From Acutalibacteraceae bacterium (GTDB lineage Bacteria; Bacillota; Clostridia; Oscillospirales; Acutalibacteraceae), in the NCBI GenBank assembly GCA_045540915.1, contig JAZQID010000129.1, positions 1 through 56,481 of the forward strand: 56,481 nt of DNA, given 5' to 3'. Positions within the stretch are counted from its first letter, which is position 1; the number at the start of each line of letters is the position of its first letter. A model generated the notes under the pieces. The model saw only the letters and a program-made list of their open reading frames with translations. It was not told where the DNA came from and ran no database searches. The translations under genes were made by a program, and so were the position numbers. Below, one piece after another: positions 48,353 through 56,481 of the stretch.

Positions 48353-49314
48353 TTTGCCACCTCGTACTTTTCACGCAAGCCGTCGGTCACCGAATAGCTC
48401 CCATCAGAGCGGATGAAGACCGCCTGTGCGCCGTAGGCTTTCAGTAAGGGCAGACTCTTTTCCTCGCCAAGCAGGAAGCAGGCGGTGGAAAGGGCATCGG
48501 CGATAAGTCCCTCGCCGCAGACCACCGTAACCGAATCGAGCCCCGTTTCGCAGGGGTAACCGGTGGTGCCGCTTAAAATGTGGTGATAGCGTTTGCCGTC
48601 GGCTTCAAAATACCTCTCCGAGTTGCCCGAGGTGGAGACGAACTCCCCTTGAGATAACGAGAGAATACCTTTGGTACGGTTGCGGTCATCGGGGTCGGCA
48701 ACGGCAACCTTCCATTTTTCGCCCGACGGCTTCTCGCCGCAGGCAACTATGCTTCCGCCGACCGAAAGGACACCGACAGCGCCCTTTTTCAACATTATAT
48801 CATATAAAACGTCACACGCAAGCCCTTTTCCGACCGAGCCGAGATCCATTTTCGAGCCGTCAGGAAGAATGATATCATCCCCATCGACCTCGATCCTGCC
48901 CTTGCAGAGCAAAAGCCGCTCGGCTATCTCCTTTTGGTCGGGGACAACGGGCTCCTCGCCCGTTACGTCCCACAGCTCGCACAGGGGCCTCATCAGCAGG
49001 CTGTACTCGCCGCCTGTCGCCTCGCATATCGGCAAAAGCTTGCCTACTGCCTCGGCAAGCAGGGCATTCTCCACCCTCTCACCTTGATTGAGCCGTGCAA
49101 CTGCCGAGCCCTCGACGTTCCACGAAAGCTGATTTTCAAGTGCGGTTATTTCTTTGAGCAAGTCGGCGGCATTTGCCCCGTCGCCGTAGAGGGTCAGGGT
49201 AATAGCGGTGTCCATCGCAAAGCCGTGGGTGGTGGCAGGCTTTGCCTTGCAACCGCAAAGGGTCAGGCAGCAAGCCGCAAGCAACAGCGCCGCTATACGA
49301 CGCGCCGCCCTCAC
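48349..49314 (-). CDS. apbE: FAD:protein FMN transferase (ApbE), probable lipoprotein
   Basis: FAMDTAITLTLYG... ApbE signature. I prefer the GTG at 49314 (MRAARRIAALLLAACCLTLCGC signal/lipobox-like; GGAGG 7 nt upstream). That start overlaps the ABC-F stop as GTGA. Confidence 0.8.
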   Translation of the reverse strand: MRAARRIAALLLAACCLTLCGCKAKPATTHGFAMDTAITLTLYGDGANAADLLKEITALENQLSWNVEGSAVARLNQGERVENALLAEAVGKLLPICEATGGEYSLLMRPLCELWDVTGEEPVVPDQKEIAERLLLCKGRIEVDGDDIILPDGSKMDLGSVGKGLACDVLYDIMLKKGAVGVLSVGGSIVACGEKPSGEKWKVAVADPDDRNRTKGILSLSQGEFVSTSGNSERYFEADGKRYHHILSGTTGYPCETGLDSVTVVCGEGLIADALSTACFLLGEEKSLPLLKAYGAQAVFIRSDGSYSVTDGLREKYEVAK

Positions 49315-51209
49315 CACTGCGCCTCCATTTCTTCCAGCATCTCGCTGAGCCGAGCCCACTCGTCGAGCAGGTCCTCCTGCTTTTTGGTAAGCAGGTCTAT
49401 CCTCTCGGTCAGCTCGACCGCCTTTTGATAATCGGCAGCTACCTGTGGGTCAGAAAGAGCATCGTTGCTCTCGGCAAGCTCCGCATCGACCTGCTCAAGC
49501 TCCTTTTCAACCGCTGTCACGCGGCTTTTGGCCTTTCTCAGTTGGGATTGCCATTCCTTTTTGGCCTTGTAGGCTTCGCCGCCCGCTCCCATCTTTTTCT
49601 CAGGTGCAGGTGCTTCGCTTACAGGCTGACGCTTGCTCATATAGTAGGTGTAGTTACCGTTATATACGGTGACTCCGCCTTCCTCCATAACAAATATGCG
49701 GTCGGCAAGGCGGTCTATGAATCTTCGGTCGTGGGAGACGATGAGCATAGTTCCGCCGTAGTCGGCGAGAGCCTGCTCAAGCGCCTGTCGGGAGTATACG
49801 TCGAGGTGGTTGGTCGGCTCGTCGAGGAGCAGGAAGTTGTTGCCCTCGAGCATCATTTTGAGTATCATAAGCCTCGCACGCTCACCGCCCGAAAGCTCGC
49901 CGACCGTCTTAAACACGTCGTCGTTGCGGAACAAAAAGGCCGCCAAGGCTCCCCTTATCTCGCTTTGGGTCTTGTCGGGGAAGTCGTCCCAAATCTCGTT
50001 GAGGGCGGTCTTTTCGGGTGAAAGGGTGCTCTGGGTCTGGTCGAAATATCCGACGCTGACCGCCGCGCCGAAGCGCACCGAGCCACCCTCCTTGAGCAAC
50101 TGCTTGAGCAGGGTGGTCTTGCCACAGCCGTTAGCGCCGAGCAAAAAGACCCTCTCGCCCCGCTTTATCGTGAAATCGACGTCGCGGTAGAGCAGATTGT
50201 CACCGTATGCAAAGAAAAGGCCGTCGGCAGTGACGACATCGTTGCCCCCGACCATTCGGGGCGTGAACTGAAAACGTATGCCCTCGGTCTCGGCCTCGGG
50301 TTTTACGAGGGATTCGCGGAGTTTGTCCACCACCTTCTGCTTTGAGTCGGCGGTGCGTATATTCTTCTCGCGGTTCCATTGGTGCTGCTGACGGATGACC
50401 GCCTCAAGCCGCTCGATCTCCTGCATCGTGTTCTCGTAATGGCGGCGGGCAACCTCGCGTTGCTCCTCTTTCAGCTCGAGGTAGCGGGTATAGGAGCCCT
50501 TGTAGTCGGTAAGGCGGCCGTTCTCTATCTCGAGAGTACGGGTGGTCACGGCATCAAGAAAATATCGGTCGTGGGAGATGATGATGGCGGCACCCGAATA
50601 GTTCTTCAGGTAGGCCTCGAGCCATTCGACCGAATCGATATCAAGGTGGTTGGTCGGCTCGTCAAGAAGCAACAGCTCCGCACCCGACAAAAGCAGTCGG
50701 GCAAGCGAAATTTTGGAAAGCTGGCCGCCGCTCAAGGCCGAAAGGGGCAAATTGAGCTGTTCCTCGGTCAAGCCGAGACCCAGCAGGGCGCTTCGGGTAC
50801 GGGCGCGAAAGGTCAAGCCGCCCTTGGCCTCAAATTCTTCGCGCAGGCGGTGCTGGCGCTCGATTATACCCTCGTCACCCTCAGAAAGCCGCTCGGTCAG
50901 CACCTCAAGCTCGGCTTCGGCATCGATCAGGTCGCTGAAAATCTCCAACGCGGCGTCAAAGGCCGACTTCTCGCCCTTTGCGGCGACTATCTGCTCCATA
51001 TAGCCGATACGTAGGCCCTTCATCCTCGCAAAGCCGCCCGCATCGGCAGACAGCTCGCCCGTTATCAACTTGAAAAGGGTGGTCTTGCCGCAGCCGTTGG
51101 CACCGATCAGCCCGACCTTTTCGCCGTTTTGTATCTCAAAATCGGCAGGCGCAAATAGGGTCCTCTCCCCAAAACTCAGGGTCACACCCCTTGCCGACAG
51201 TACAGCCAC
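49311..51209 (-). CDS. ABC-F family ATPase (translation-factor type) with a C-terminal coiled-coil extension
   Basis: Two ABC cassettes (GANGCGKTT x2, LSGGQ/LSGGE, LLLDEPTNHLD x2), an inter-domain linker and no TM domain. The GTG at 51209 has GGGAGG 8 nt upstream; the track starts at the GTG at 51218. Confidence 0.85.
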   Translation of the reverse strand: MAVLSARGVTLSFGERTLFAPADFEIQNGEKVGLIGANGCGKTTLFKLITGELSADAGGFARMKGLRIGYMEQIVAAKGEKSAFDAALEIFSDLIDAEAELEVLTERLSEGDEGIIERQHRLREEFEAKGGLTFRARTRSALLGLGLTEEQLNLPLSALSGGQLSKISLARLLLSGAELLLLDEPTNHLDIDSVEWLEAYLKNYSGAAIIISHDRYFLDAVTTRTLEIENGRLTDYKGSYTRYLELKEEQREVARRHYENTMQEIERLEAVIRQQHQWNREKNIRTADSKQKVVDKLRESLVKPEAETEGIRFQFTPRMVGGNDVVTADGLFFAYGDNLLYRDVDFTIKRGERVFLLGANGCGKTTLLKQLLKEGGSVRFGAAVSVGYFDQTQSTLSPEKTALNEIWDDFPDKTQSEIRGALAAFLFRNDDVFKTVGELSGGERARLMILKMMLEGNNFLLLDEPTNHLDVYSRQALEQALADYGGTMLIVSHDRRFIDRLADRIFVMEEGGVTVYNGNYTYYMSKRQPVSEAPAPEKKMGAGGEAYKAKKEWQSQLRKAKSRVTAVEKELEQVDAELAESNDALSDPQVAADYQKAVELTERIDLLTKKQEDLLDEWARLSEMLEEMEAQW

Positions 51210-51245
51210 GCGCAACACCTCCCATTCGACATAATTATCTTTTTT

Positions 51246-51274
51246 ATTATAACATATGTTTTAACTATTGACAA
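51246..51274 (-). promoter_or_regulatory. Sigma-A promoter of the ABC-F/apbE/rnf gene string
   Basis: On the minus strand: TTGTCA (51269-51274), a 17-nt spacer, then TGtTATAAT (hexamer 51246-51251). Confidence 0.55.
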
Positions 51275-51296
51275 TCGATAAAAGAGAAGTTAATAT
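51268..51296 (+). promoter_or_regulatory. Sigma-A promoter of the M-box/mgtE transcript
   Basis: TTGACA (51268-51273), a 17-nt spacer, then TAATAT (51291-51296). Its -35 box overlaps the divergent promoter's -35 box by 5 nt. Confidence 0.6.
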
Positions 51297-51304
51297 GAAA
51301 AATG

Positions 51305-51480
51305 TAACCAATTACACCGGTAGGCAAGGCTACCGCACGGATATGGATTGATACCGCGAAGCAGTGGAGACACTGCCAGCCGGTCAACAGGGCTCGTCGA
51401 ATCAAGGCGTGACCTAACTCAGTTTCACCGCCGTGCGAAGTTAAAGCTCAGACGGATAAGCGAGAAGACCTTTTGGCCAA
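51305..51480 (+). promoter_or_regulatory. M-box (ykoK-type) Mg2+ riboswitch
   Basis: Conserved M-box blocks, compared by eye with the B. subtilis mgtE leader: GGTAGGCAAGGCT (vs GTTAGGTGAGGCT), CCGGTCAACAGG (vs GGGTCAACAG), ATCAAGGCGTGA, and GTTAAAGCTCAGACGGATAAG (vs GCTAAAGCTCTACGA). It lies upstream of mgtE and is followed by a terminator. Confidence 0.8.
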
Positions 51481-51485
51481 TTCAC

Positions 51486-51517
51486 ACCGTCGGAGCAAGC
51501 TCTGACGGTTTTTTTGT
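51486..51517 (+). terminator. Riboswitch expression-platform terminator
   Basis: accgtcggagc-aa-gctctgacggt (one G-U pair) followed by TTTTTTT. Confidence 0.75.
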
Positions 51518-51674
51518 TTGCAAAATCCATAAGATAAAGGAAGTGAGCGTATGGACCCCGTTGGGCCGAGTTTTTACATTTTTGATGCAGTATGTCAGAC
51601 GGGTTCCCTGCGCCCTTTTTGACCGACCTGCATCCTTTCGCCCTTGTTAGACCTATGTGAAAGGAGTAGTTCCA

Positions 51675-53012
51675 ATGGATATTCAGAGAATTTGTGAGCT
51701 CCTTGAAGAAAAGCAGTACCGTCAGCTTCGCGAGACCCTTGAGGATATCAACCCTGCCGATATTGCCTTGCTCTTGGAGGAGCTGGACGAAAATTCGCGC
51801 GCCGTCGTCTTCCGCTTGCTGTCAAAGACCGCGGCTGCCGAAAGCTTCGTTGAGCTTGAAAGCTCCACCCAGTCCACCCTTATCCGCGTATTCAGCGACC
51901 GCGAGCTCAAGGAGATAGTAAACGAGCTTTACGTCGACGACTTTGTCGACATAGTCGAGGAGATGCCTGCCAACGTCGTGCGCCGCATCCTCAACCAGAC
52001 CGACGCTCAGACCCGTCGGGTCATAAACGAGATACTCAAGTACCCCGATGACAGCGCAGGAAGCGTGATGACGGTCGAATACGTCGCGCTCAAATCGGGT
52101 ATGACGGTTGCCGACGCCCTCGCGAACATTAAGCGCACCGGCATCGACAAGGAGACCATCTACAACTGCTACGTCGTCGACAGCAACCGCCATCTGCTCG
52201 GTGTCGTCACCGCCAAGAGCCTTCTGCTCGCCGACTCGGATGAGGTCATCGACAACCTCGCCGAGCGGGATATTATATCGGTCACCACCCTCGAGGACAG
52301 AGAAGACGTTGCAAAGAAGTTTGCCAAATACGACCTGCTCGCCATTCCCGTCGTTGACAGCGAAAACCGACTGGTCGGTATCGTCACCGTTGACGACGCT
52401 ATCGACGTTCTTGAGGAAGAGGCTACCGAGGATATCGAAAAGATGGCGGCTATCACCCCGACCGACAAGCCCTATTTCCACACAGGCGTCATCCAGACCT
52501 GGCTCAAGCGCATCCCTTGGCTTCTGCTGATGATGGTGACCGCCACCTTTACGGGACTGGTCATTCAGCAGTACGAGACCGCCCTTGCCGCGCAGGTCGC
52601 CCTGACCGCCTTCATCCCGATGCTGATGGGCACGGCGGGCAACTCGGGCTCGCAGGCATCGGTCTCCATCATACGCGCACTATCCCTCGGAGATATCACT
52701 ATGCGCGACTTTTTCAGGGTGGTGAGCAAGGAGCTGAGGGTTTCGGTACTCTGCGGTGTGACCCTTGCGGCAGCCAACTTCGTTAAGATGCTCATTTTTG
52801 ACAGGGTGGATATTATGATATCGGCCACCGTCTGCCTCACCCTCGTCATAACCGTCATATTTGCAAAGCTTTTCGGAAGCATTCTGCCCATCCTCGCAAA
52901 GCGGGTCGGCTTTGACCCTGCCGTTATGGCGGCACCTTTTATCACAACGGTGGTTGACACCCTGTCGTTATTGGTGTATTTTAATGTTGCAACAACCCTT
53001 TTGGGTATTTAA
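51675..53012 (+). CDS. mgtE: Magnesium transporter MgtE
   Basis: The N-domain (LRETLEDINPADIALLLEEL), tandem CBS domains and the C-terminal TM domain (GNSGSQAS, PFITTVVD) all fit MgtE. ATG at 51675 with AAGGAG 8 nt upstream; the track starts at the GTG at 51657. Confidence 0.9.
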   Translation: MDIQRICELLEEKQYRQLRETLEDINPADIALLLEELDENSRAVVFRLLSKTAAAESFVELESSTQSTLIRVFSDRELKEIVNELYVDDFVDIVEEMPANVVRRILNQTDAQTRRVINEILKYPDDSAGSVMTVEYVALKSGMTVADALANIKRTGIDKETIYNCYVVDSNRHLLGVVTAKSLLLADSDEVIDNLAERDIISVTTLEDREDVAKKFAKYDLLAIPVVDSENRLVGIVTVDDAIDVLEEEATEDIEKMAAITPTDKPYFHTGVIQTWLKRIPWLLLMMVTATFTGLVIQQYETALAAQVALTAFIPMLMGTAGNSGSQASVSIIRALSLGDITMRDFFRVVSKELRVSVLCGVTLAAANFVKMLIFDRVDIMISATVCLTLVITVIFAKLFGSILPILAKRVGFDPAVMAAPFITTVVDTLSLLVYFNVATTLLGI

Positions 53013-53051
53013 CGGAACGGCCCTTTGTGGCGTTTCAAAGGAGAGAGGCTT

Positions 53052-54590
53052 ATGAAATACCGTATCAAAGATTACCCTGAATATCGCGAGCAGGTCAATG
53101 CTATGAGCGTTGACGAACTGCTGATGGCAGTTGTCTGCCCTAACGTCTGGAAGGGTCGCGAAGCCATCCGCGACACCGCAGGTGTCTTCATCCACGCCGC
53201 AACCACCGAAGATGCCGCCGCCCGTGCCGCTGAAATCAACGAAGGCAGGGAGCTTCCCGCTGTCATCGTATCCGATATGGAATACGGCCCCGGCAATATG
53301 ATACTGGGAACCACCTCTTTTCCGTCGATGCGTGCCGCCGCTGAGGCAGGCGACGAGGAGCTTGCCTACCAGATGGGTGTCATCTCCGCAAAGGATGCAC
53401 GTGCCGCAGGATATCATTGGACCTTCGGCCCCGTTGTCGACATTCTCGAAAACCACTTCAACCCTATCGTCAACATCCGCACTCCCGGCGAGGACGCCGA
53501 CACCGTTATCCGTTATGCAGGCGCCTATATGCGCGGACTGCAGGACAACGGACTGGCCGCCACCATCAAGCATTTCCCCGGCGACGGACTTTGCAAGTTT
53601 GACCAGCACCTGACCACCGCCATCAATCCTCAGACCCGCGAGGAATGGGACGAAAGCTTTGGCAAGGTCTACTCCGAGCTTATCGAGCAGGGCGCCAAAT
53701 CGGTTATGATCGGCCACATCGCCCTGCCCTCATACGACGAGATCGACGAGCAGACGGGGCTTTATCCCCCTGCCACCGTCTCGCGCAACCTTATGACCGG
53801 TCTGCTCAAGGAAAAACTCGGCTTCGAAGGAATCATCGTTTCCGATGCCGTCAATATGGGCGGTATTGCCAACTATACATACCTCTATGACGGCCTCGCA
53901 CGCTTCCTTGAGGCAGGCGGAGACTGTCTGCTCTTTGTACGCGACCTCGACGAGTACAAGGTCGAGATGAAGAAGTGCATCGACGCAGGTGTGCTGACCC
54001 TTGAGGCCCTGCGCGACCGCGCCTACCGTATGACCTGCTTCAGACGCGAGATCATCGACGAGGCGAGCGCGCCCTTCACTCCCGTGGTTCGCGAGGAGGC
54101 CGAAAAGGTCGCTCAGGAGATGGCCGAAAAATGCGTAAAGCTGGTTCGCGACCGCAAGGGCACCCTACCCTTCAAACTGACCAAAGAAACGAAGGTCGCA
54201 CACGTCGTGCTTCACAACAACTCGGTCAAGAACTTCGCCTGCACCGAGGACCTCTCCCGCCGCATCAGCGAGCGTTGCACCGTCGATACCCTCGTTGATC
54301 CGGGCCCCGAGAGGCTGAGAACTATCGCCTGCGAGGGTGAGTACGACCTCATCATCTGCTCGGTGCTTACTTCCCCCGATTACGCGACCAATGCCGTTCA
54401 TCTTTCGGGTGCTATGGCACGCAATATGAGCTGGGGCTGGATGAAGTATCCCACTCCGACCGTCTTCCTGTCCTATTACAGCCCCTATTTCTGCGAAGAA
54501 TATGAGGGGGCCACCGACGCCATCATCAACACCTTCGGATATAATCAGTACACCAACAACGCAGTCGAGCGTATTTTGTTTGGGGAATAA
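53052..54590 (+). CDS. Glycoside hydrolase family 3 protein (beta-N-acetylhexosaminidase/beta-glucosidase-like)
   Basis: KHFPGDG and IVSDAVNMGG blocks of the GH3 catalytic domain. ATG at 53052 after AAAGGAGAG. Confidence 0.75.
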   Translation: MKYRIKDYPEYREQVNAMSVDELLMAVVCPNVWKGREAIRDTAGVFIHAATTEDAAARAAEINEGRELPAVIVSDMEYGPGNMILGTTSFPSMRAAAEAGDEELAYQMGVISAKDARAAGYHWTFGPVVDILENHFNPIVNIRTPGEDADTVIRYAGAYMRGLQDNGLAATIKHFPGDGLCKFDQHLTTAINPQTREEWDESFGKVYSELIEQGAKSVMIGHIALPSYDEIDEQTGLYPPATVSRNLMTGLLKEKLGFEGIIVSDAVNMGGIANYTYLYDGLARFLEAGGDCLLFVRDLDEYKVEMKKCIDAGVLTLEALRDRAYRMTCFRREIIDEASAPFTPVVREEAEKVAQEMAEKCVKLVRDRKGTLPFKLTKETKVAHVVLHNNSVKNFACTEDLSRRISERCTVDTLVDPGPERLRTIACEGEYDLIICSVLTSPDYATNAVHLSGAMARNMSWGWMKYPTPTVFLSYYSPYFCEEYEGATDAIINTFGYNQYTNNAVERILFGE

Positions 54591-54603
54591 ATCGAGTTTT
54601 ATA

Positions 54604-54652
54604 AAATCAACCGCCCGAGAAAGAGATGATCTCCTTCTCGGGCGGTTGATTT
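54604..54652. terminator. Long bidirectional terminator hairpin
   Basis: aaatcaaccgcccgagaa...ttctcgggcggttgattt. The stem is at least 18 bp and extends inward through gagat/atctc. It lies between convergent genes. Confidence 0.75.
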
Positions 54653-54690
54653 ATACCTGCCAAAACAACAGGCGCTTTCTCAATAGCCTA

Positions 54691-55917
54691 TTAAATTAAA
54701 TTACTTGGTATCAAACAGTTGTCCGCGTCTATCAGTACAGGTTCTTCACACATACAAATAATACCGCCATTACCTCTGTTCAAGCTCGCCTTATCGATAA
54801 CAGAATACTTTTTCACCTCTCTGTTGTTTGGGTTTGCAGATTTTTTAATTTCAAGAGGGTGAATAATATCGCTTTCTTCAACAAAAACATCAATTTCCTT
54901 TGCGTTAGAATCACGATAATAGGTTATATTGCACTTCGCCTTGCCGTAGGAATAATTTTTAACAAGCTCCATTATAACGTAATTCTCGTAAAAATGGCCG
55001 CTTACCGCTCCATGCATAAGGGTTGCGGGGGTGAGCCACATTGAAAGATAAGCGCATAACCCCGTATCGCAAAAGTATAATTTTGGCGTTTTGGTTAAGC
55101 GCTGCAGAGCATTGTTGGAATAGGGTTCAAGCAAATATATTATTCCTAACCCCTGTAAAACCTTTACCCAAGTTTTTGCCGTAGGCTGCGAGATGTCGGC
55201 CGCCGCTGCCAAATTAGCAAAATTCAATTGCTCTGACACAAGGGCTGCGCAGGCATTAAGGAACTTTCTGAATCTAACCGTATCGGTTATTCCGCCCTCC
55301 TCAGCTATATCACGCATAAGATAGGTTTCAACATAGGAATTAAAATACTCGGCTCTTAACTCCTCGTCAACCCCACATACCTGCGGCATGCCGCCCTCCC
55401 AAATATGATTGAAAACTGAAACAACATCATTTTTCGGAACTTGTCTTTGGCGGCTTTGCAATGTTTCAAGAGAAAAGTCAAGTTCCGTATCAAAAGTTGT
55501 TTTGTTTTTTTCTCTTTGGGAAAGACCATATAATTCCAATATGCACAATCTTCCGGCAAGGGTATCTTTGATTTTTTTCATCATCTTGTATTGCTGTGAA
55601 CCGGTAAGCCAAAACAACCCCGTTTCTTCGCTTTCATCACACATAATTTTGATTTGTTCAAAAAGCTCAGGAGCTTTTTGAACTTCGTCTATCAAAATCG
55701 GTGGCTTATATGTCTGAAAAAACAACACGGGGTCTCTTTTGGCCAGATCTCTTGCTATAGCGTTGTCAAGCGTAACGTAGGTTCTGTTTGTGCCCTCGGC
55801 CAGATGCTTCATCATCGTGGTTTTGCCTACCTGTCTTGCACCTGTTACAAGAATCGCCTTAAAAAATCCATTCATTTTTGTGAACTTTCTTTCAAGCTCG
55901 CGTGTAATATACTCCAA
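54691..55917 (-). CDS. AAA+ ATPase of the AAA_14/DUF4143 type
   Basis: Walker A VTGARQVGKTT and Walker B ILIDEVQ, then a C-terminal DUF4143-like region (FNSYVETYLMRDI...). TTG start with GAGGTG 7 nt upstream. The gene is AT-rich. Confidence 0.8.
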   Translation of the reverse strand: MEYITRELERKFTKMNGFFKAILVTGARQVGKTTMMKHLAEGTNRTYVTLDNAIARDLAKRDPVLFFQTYKPPILIDEVQKAPELFEQIKIMCDESEETGLFWLTGSQQYKMMKKIKDTLAGRLCILELYGLSQREKNKTTFDTELDFSLETLQSRQRQVPKNDVVSVFNHIWEGGMPQVCGVDEELRAEYFNSYVETYLMRDIAEEGGITDTVRFRKFLNACAALVSEQLNFANLAAAADISQPTAKTWVKVLQGLGIIYLLEPYSNNALQRLTKTPKLYFCDTGLCAYLSMWLTPATLMHGAVSGHFYENYVIMELVKNYSYGKAKCNITYYRDSNAKEIDVFVEESDIIHPLEIKKSANPNNREVKKYSVIDKASLNRGNGGIICMCEEPVLIDADNCLIPSNLI

Positions 55918-55958
55918 GTTTTCACACCTCGTTTTTAAGAAAATCTAAACTATATTTT

Positions 55959-55986
55959 ATTTTATCATAACTTTTTGTTTTGTCAA
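55959..55986 (-). promoter_or_regulatory. Promoter of the DUF4143 ATPase gene
   Basis: On the minus strand: TTGACA (55981-55986), a 16-nt spacer, then TGaTAAAAT (hexamer 55959-55964). Confidence 0.5.
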
Positions 55987-56236
55987 GACCTTGCTTTTTC
56001 ATTTCACCTATTTCTTGCGCCAGATGAATAACGGAGGCTTTACCGCGGATAAAGATTTCCATCGTTCTCCCGCCAAAGCAACGCGCGGACAACAAGCTAC
56101 TCCTACAAAATACAACCGTACCTATATGTAAGGGAGGCGTTTCGCCTCCCTTCATACAACAGCCGCGTTCAGCGCGCAGGAACAACGGCTACAATAATAA
56201 CTACACTTAAAGTGCGGATAATCAGACGAATGTCTG

Positions 56237-56481
56237 CTACAGAAAGCGCTTCATACTTTGAATGGTGCGCTCCTGCTCGGCAATGGCCCTGTTGGCGATG
56301 TCGACCGCCTTGGGCGATGCCGACGGGTTTTCGTGTATCGCCTTGAGCAACTCGATGTTGCCCATCGTACAGCCCTGAATCATCATCTTCGCCGCCTCGG
56401 AGGTGTCTCGCTTGCGGTTAAGCTGTGCGTTGACGGCGGTGCGCATCATCATTTTGATGGTCTGGGGATTGCGGCCTGCGC
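56237..56481 (-). CDS. Hypothetical protein, 5'-truncated by the window edge
   Basis: The open frame runs to the window end. The C-terminal sequence is ...TAVNAQLNRKRDTSEAAKMMIQGCTMGNIELLKAIHENPSASPKAVDIANRAIAEQERTIQSMKRFL. I do not recognise the family. Confidence 0.4.
   Translation of the reverse strand, partial: AGRNPQTIKMMMRTAVNAQLNRKRDTSEAAKMMIQGCTMGNIELLKAIHENPSASPKAVDIANRAIAEQERTIQSMKRFL

Noticed and set aside
55922-56185. 87-aa minus-strand ORF directly upstream of the DUF4143 ATPase (considered as a small partner or antitoxin)
   Set aside because: It contains the ATPase gene's predicted promoter (55959-55986) and a GC-rich hairpin (56130-56153) inside its frame. It has no SD and an implausible Cys/Arg-rich N-terminus, so it is most likely non-coding.

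Overview
This is a 56.5-kb chromosomal window from a fairly GC-rich, spore-forming Firmicute. Gene content suggests Clostridia, possibly Oscillospiraceae/Ruminococcaceae, but that is inference only. It holds about 50 genes, nearly all on the minus strand, and I saw no integrase, transposase, CRISPR array or rRNA. Contents from left to right: (1) A spore-envelope module with spoVB, a PG-binding protein, a SleC-like cortex lytic enzyme and a Pro-rich protein. (2) An AT-rich island of about 4.2 kb. It carries an operon of three membrane proteins that each have a cytoplasmic CxxC...CxxC zinc ribbon, plus a Doc-like Fic gene with a degenerate active-site motif. The Fic gene is bracketed by a perfect 33-bp direct repeat of a terminator hairpin. 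(3) A cell-surface module with a DUF5050-like protein, an APKTG-anchored surface protein, sortase B and an LCP ligase. (4) lexA followed by a small membrane protein. (5) Housekeeping genes: vanZ-like, a GH2 beta-galactosidase, alr and an SDR. (6) A 1070-aa secreted beta-helix protein. (7) An SPFH pair. (8) A 16-kb Wzx/Wzy-type polysaccharide locus with a GC-rich/AT-rich mosaic (WbaP-like initiator, TagF-like transferase, three GTs, wzy, wzx, UDP-GlcA epimerase, ugd, fnlA, NeuD-type acetyltransferase, fnlB, fnlC, NTP_transf_5). (9) An orphan four-helix-bundle (23S rRNA IVS-type) gene and tRNA-Arg(ACG), separated by inverted heptamer-repeat arrays. (10) A tightly packed ten-gene string: ABC-F, apbE, NusG_II, Gx transporter and rnfCDGEAB. 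(11) An M-box riboswitch, mgtE and a GH3 hydrolase. (12) An AT-rich AAA_14/DUF4143 ATPase gene. The best candidate for something undescribed is the zinc-ribbon membrane triad with the Doc-like cassette, but its function and any link between its parts are speculative. All family assignments come from reading motifs by eye; no searches were run.
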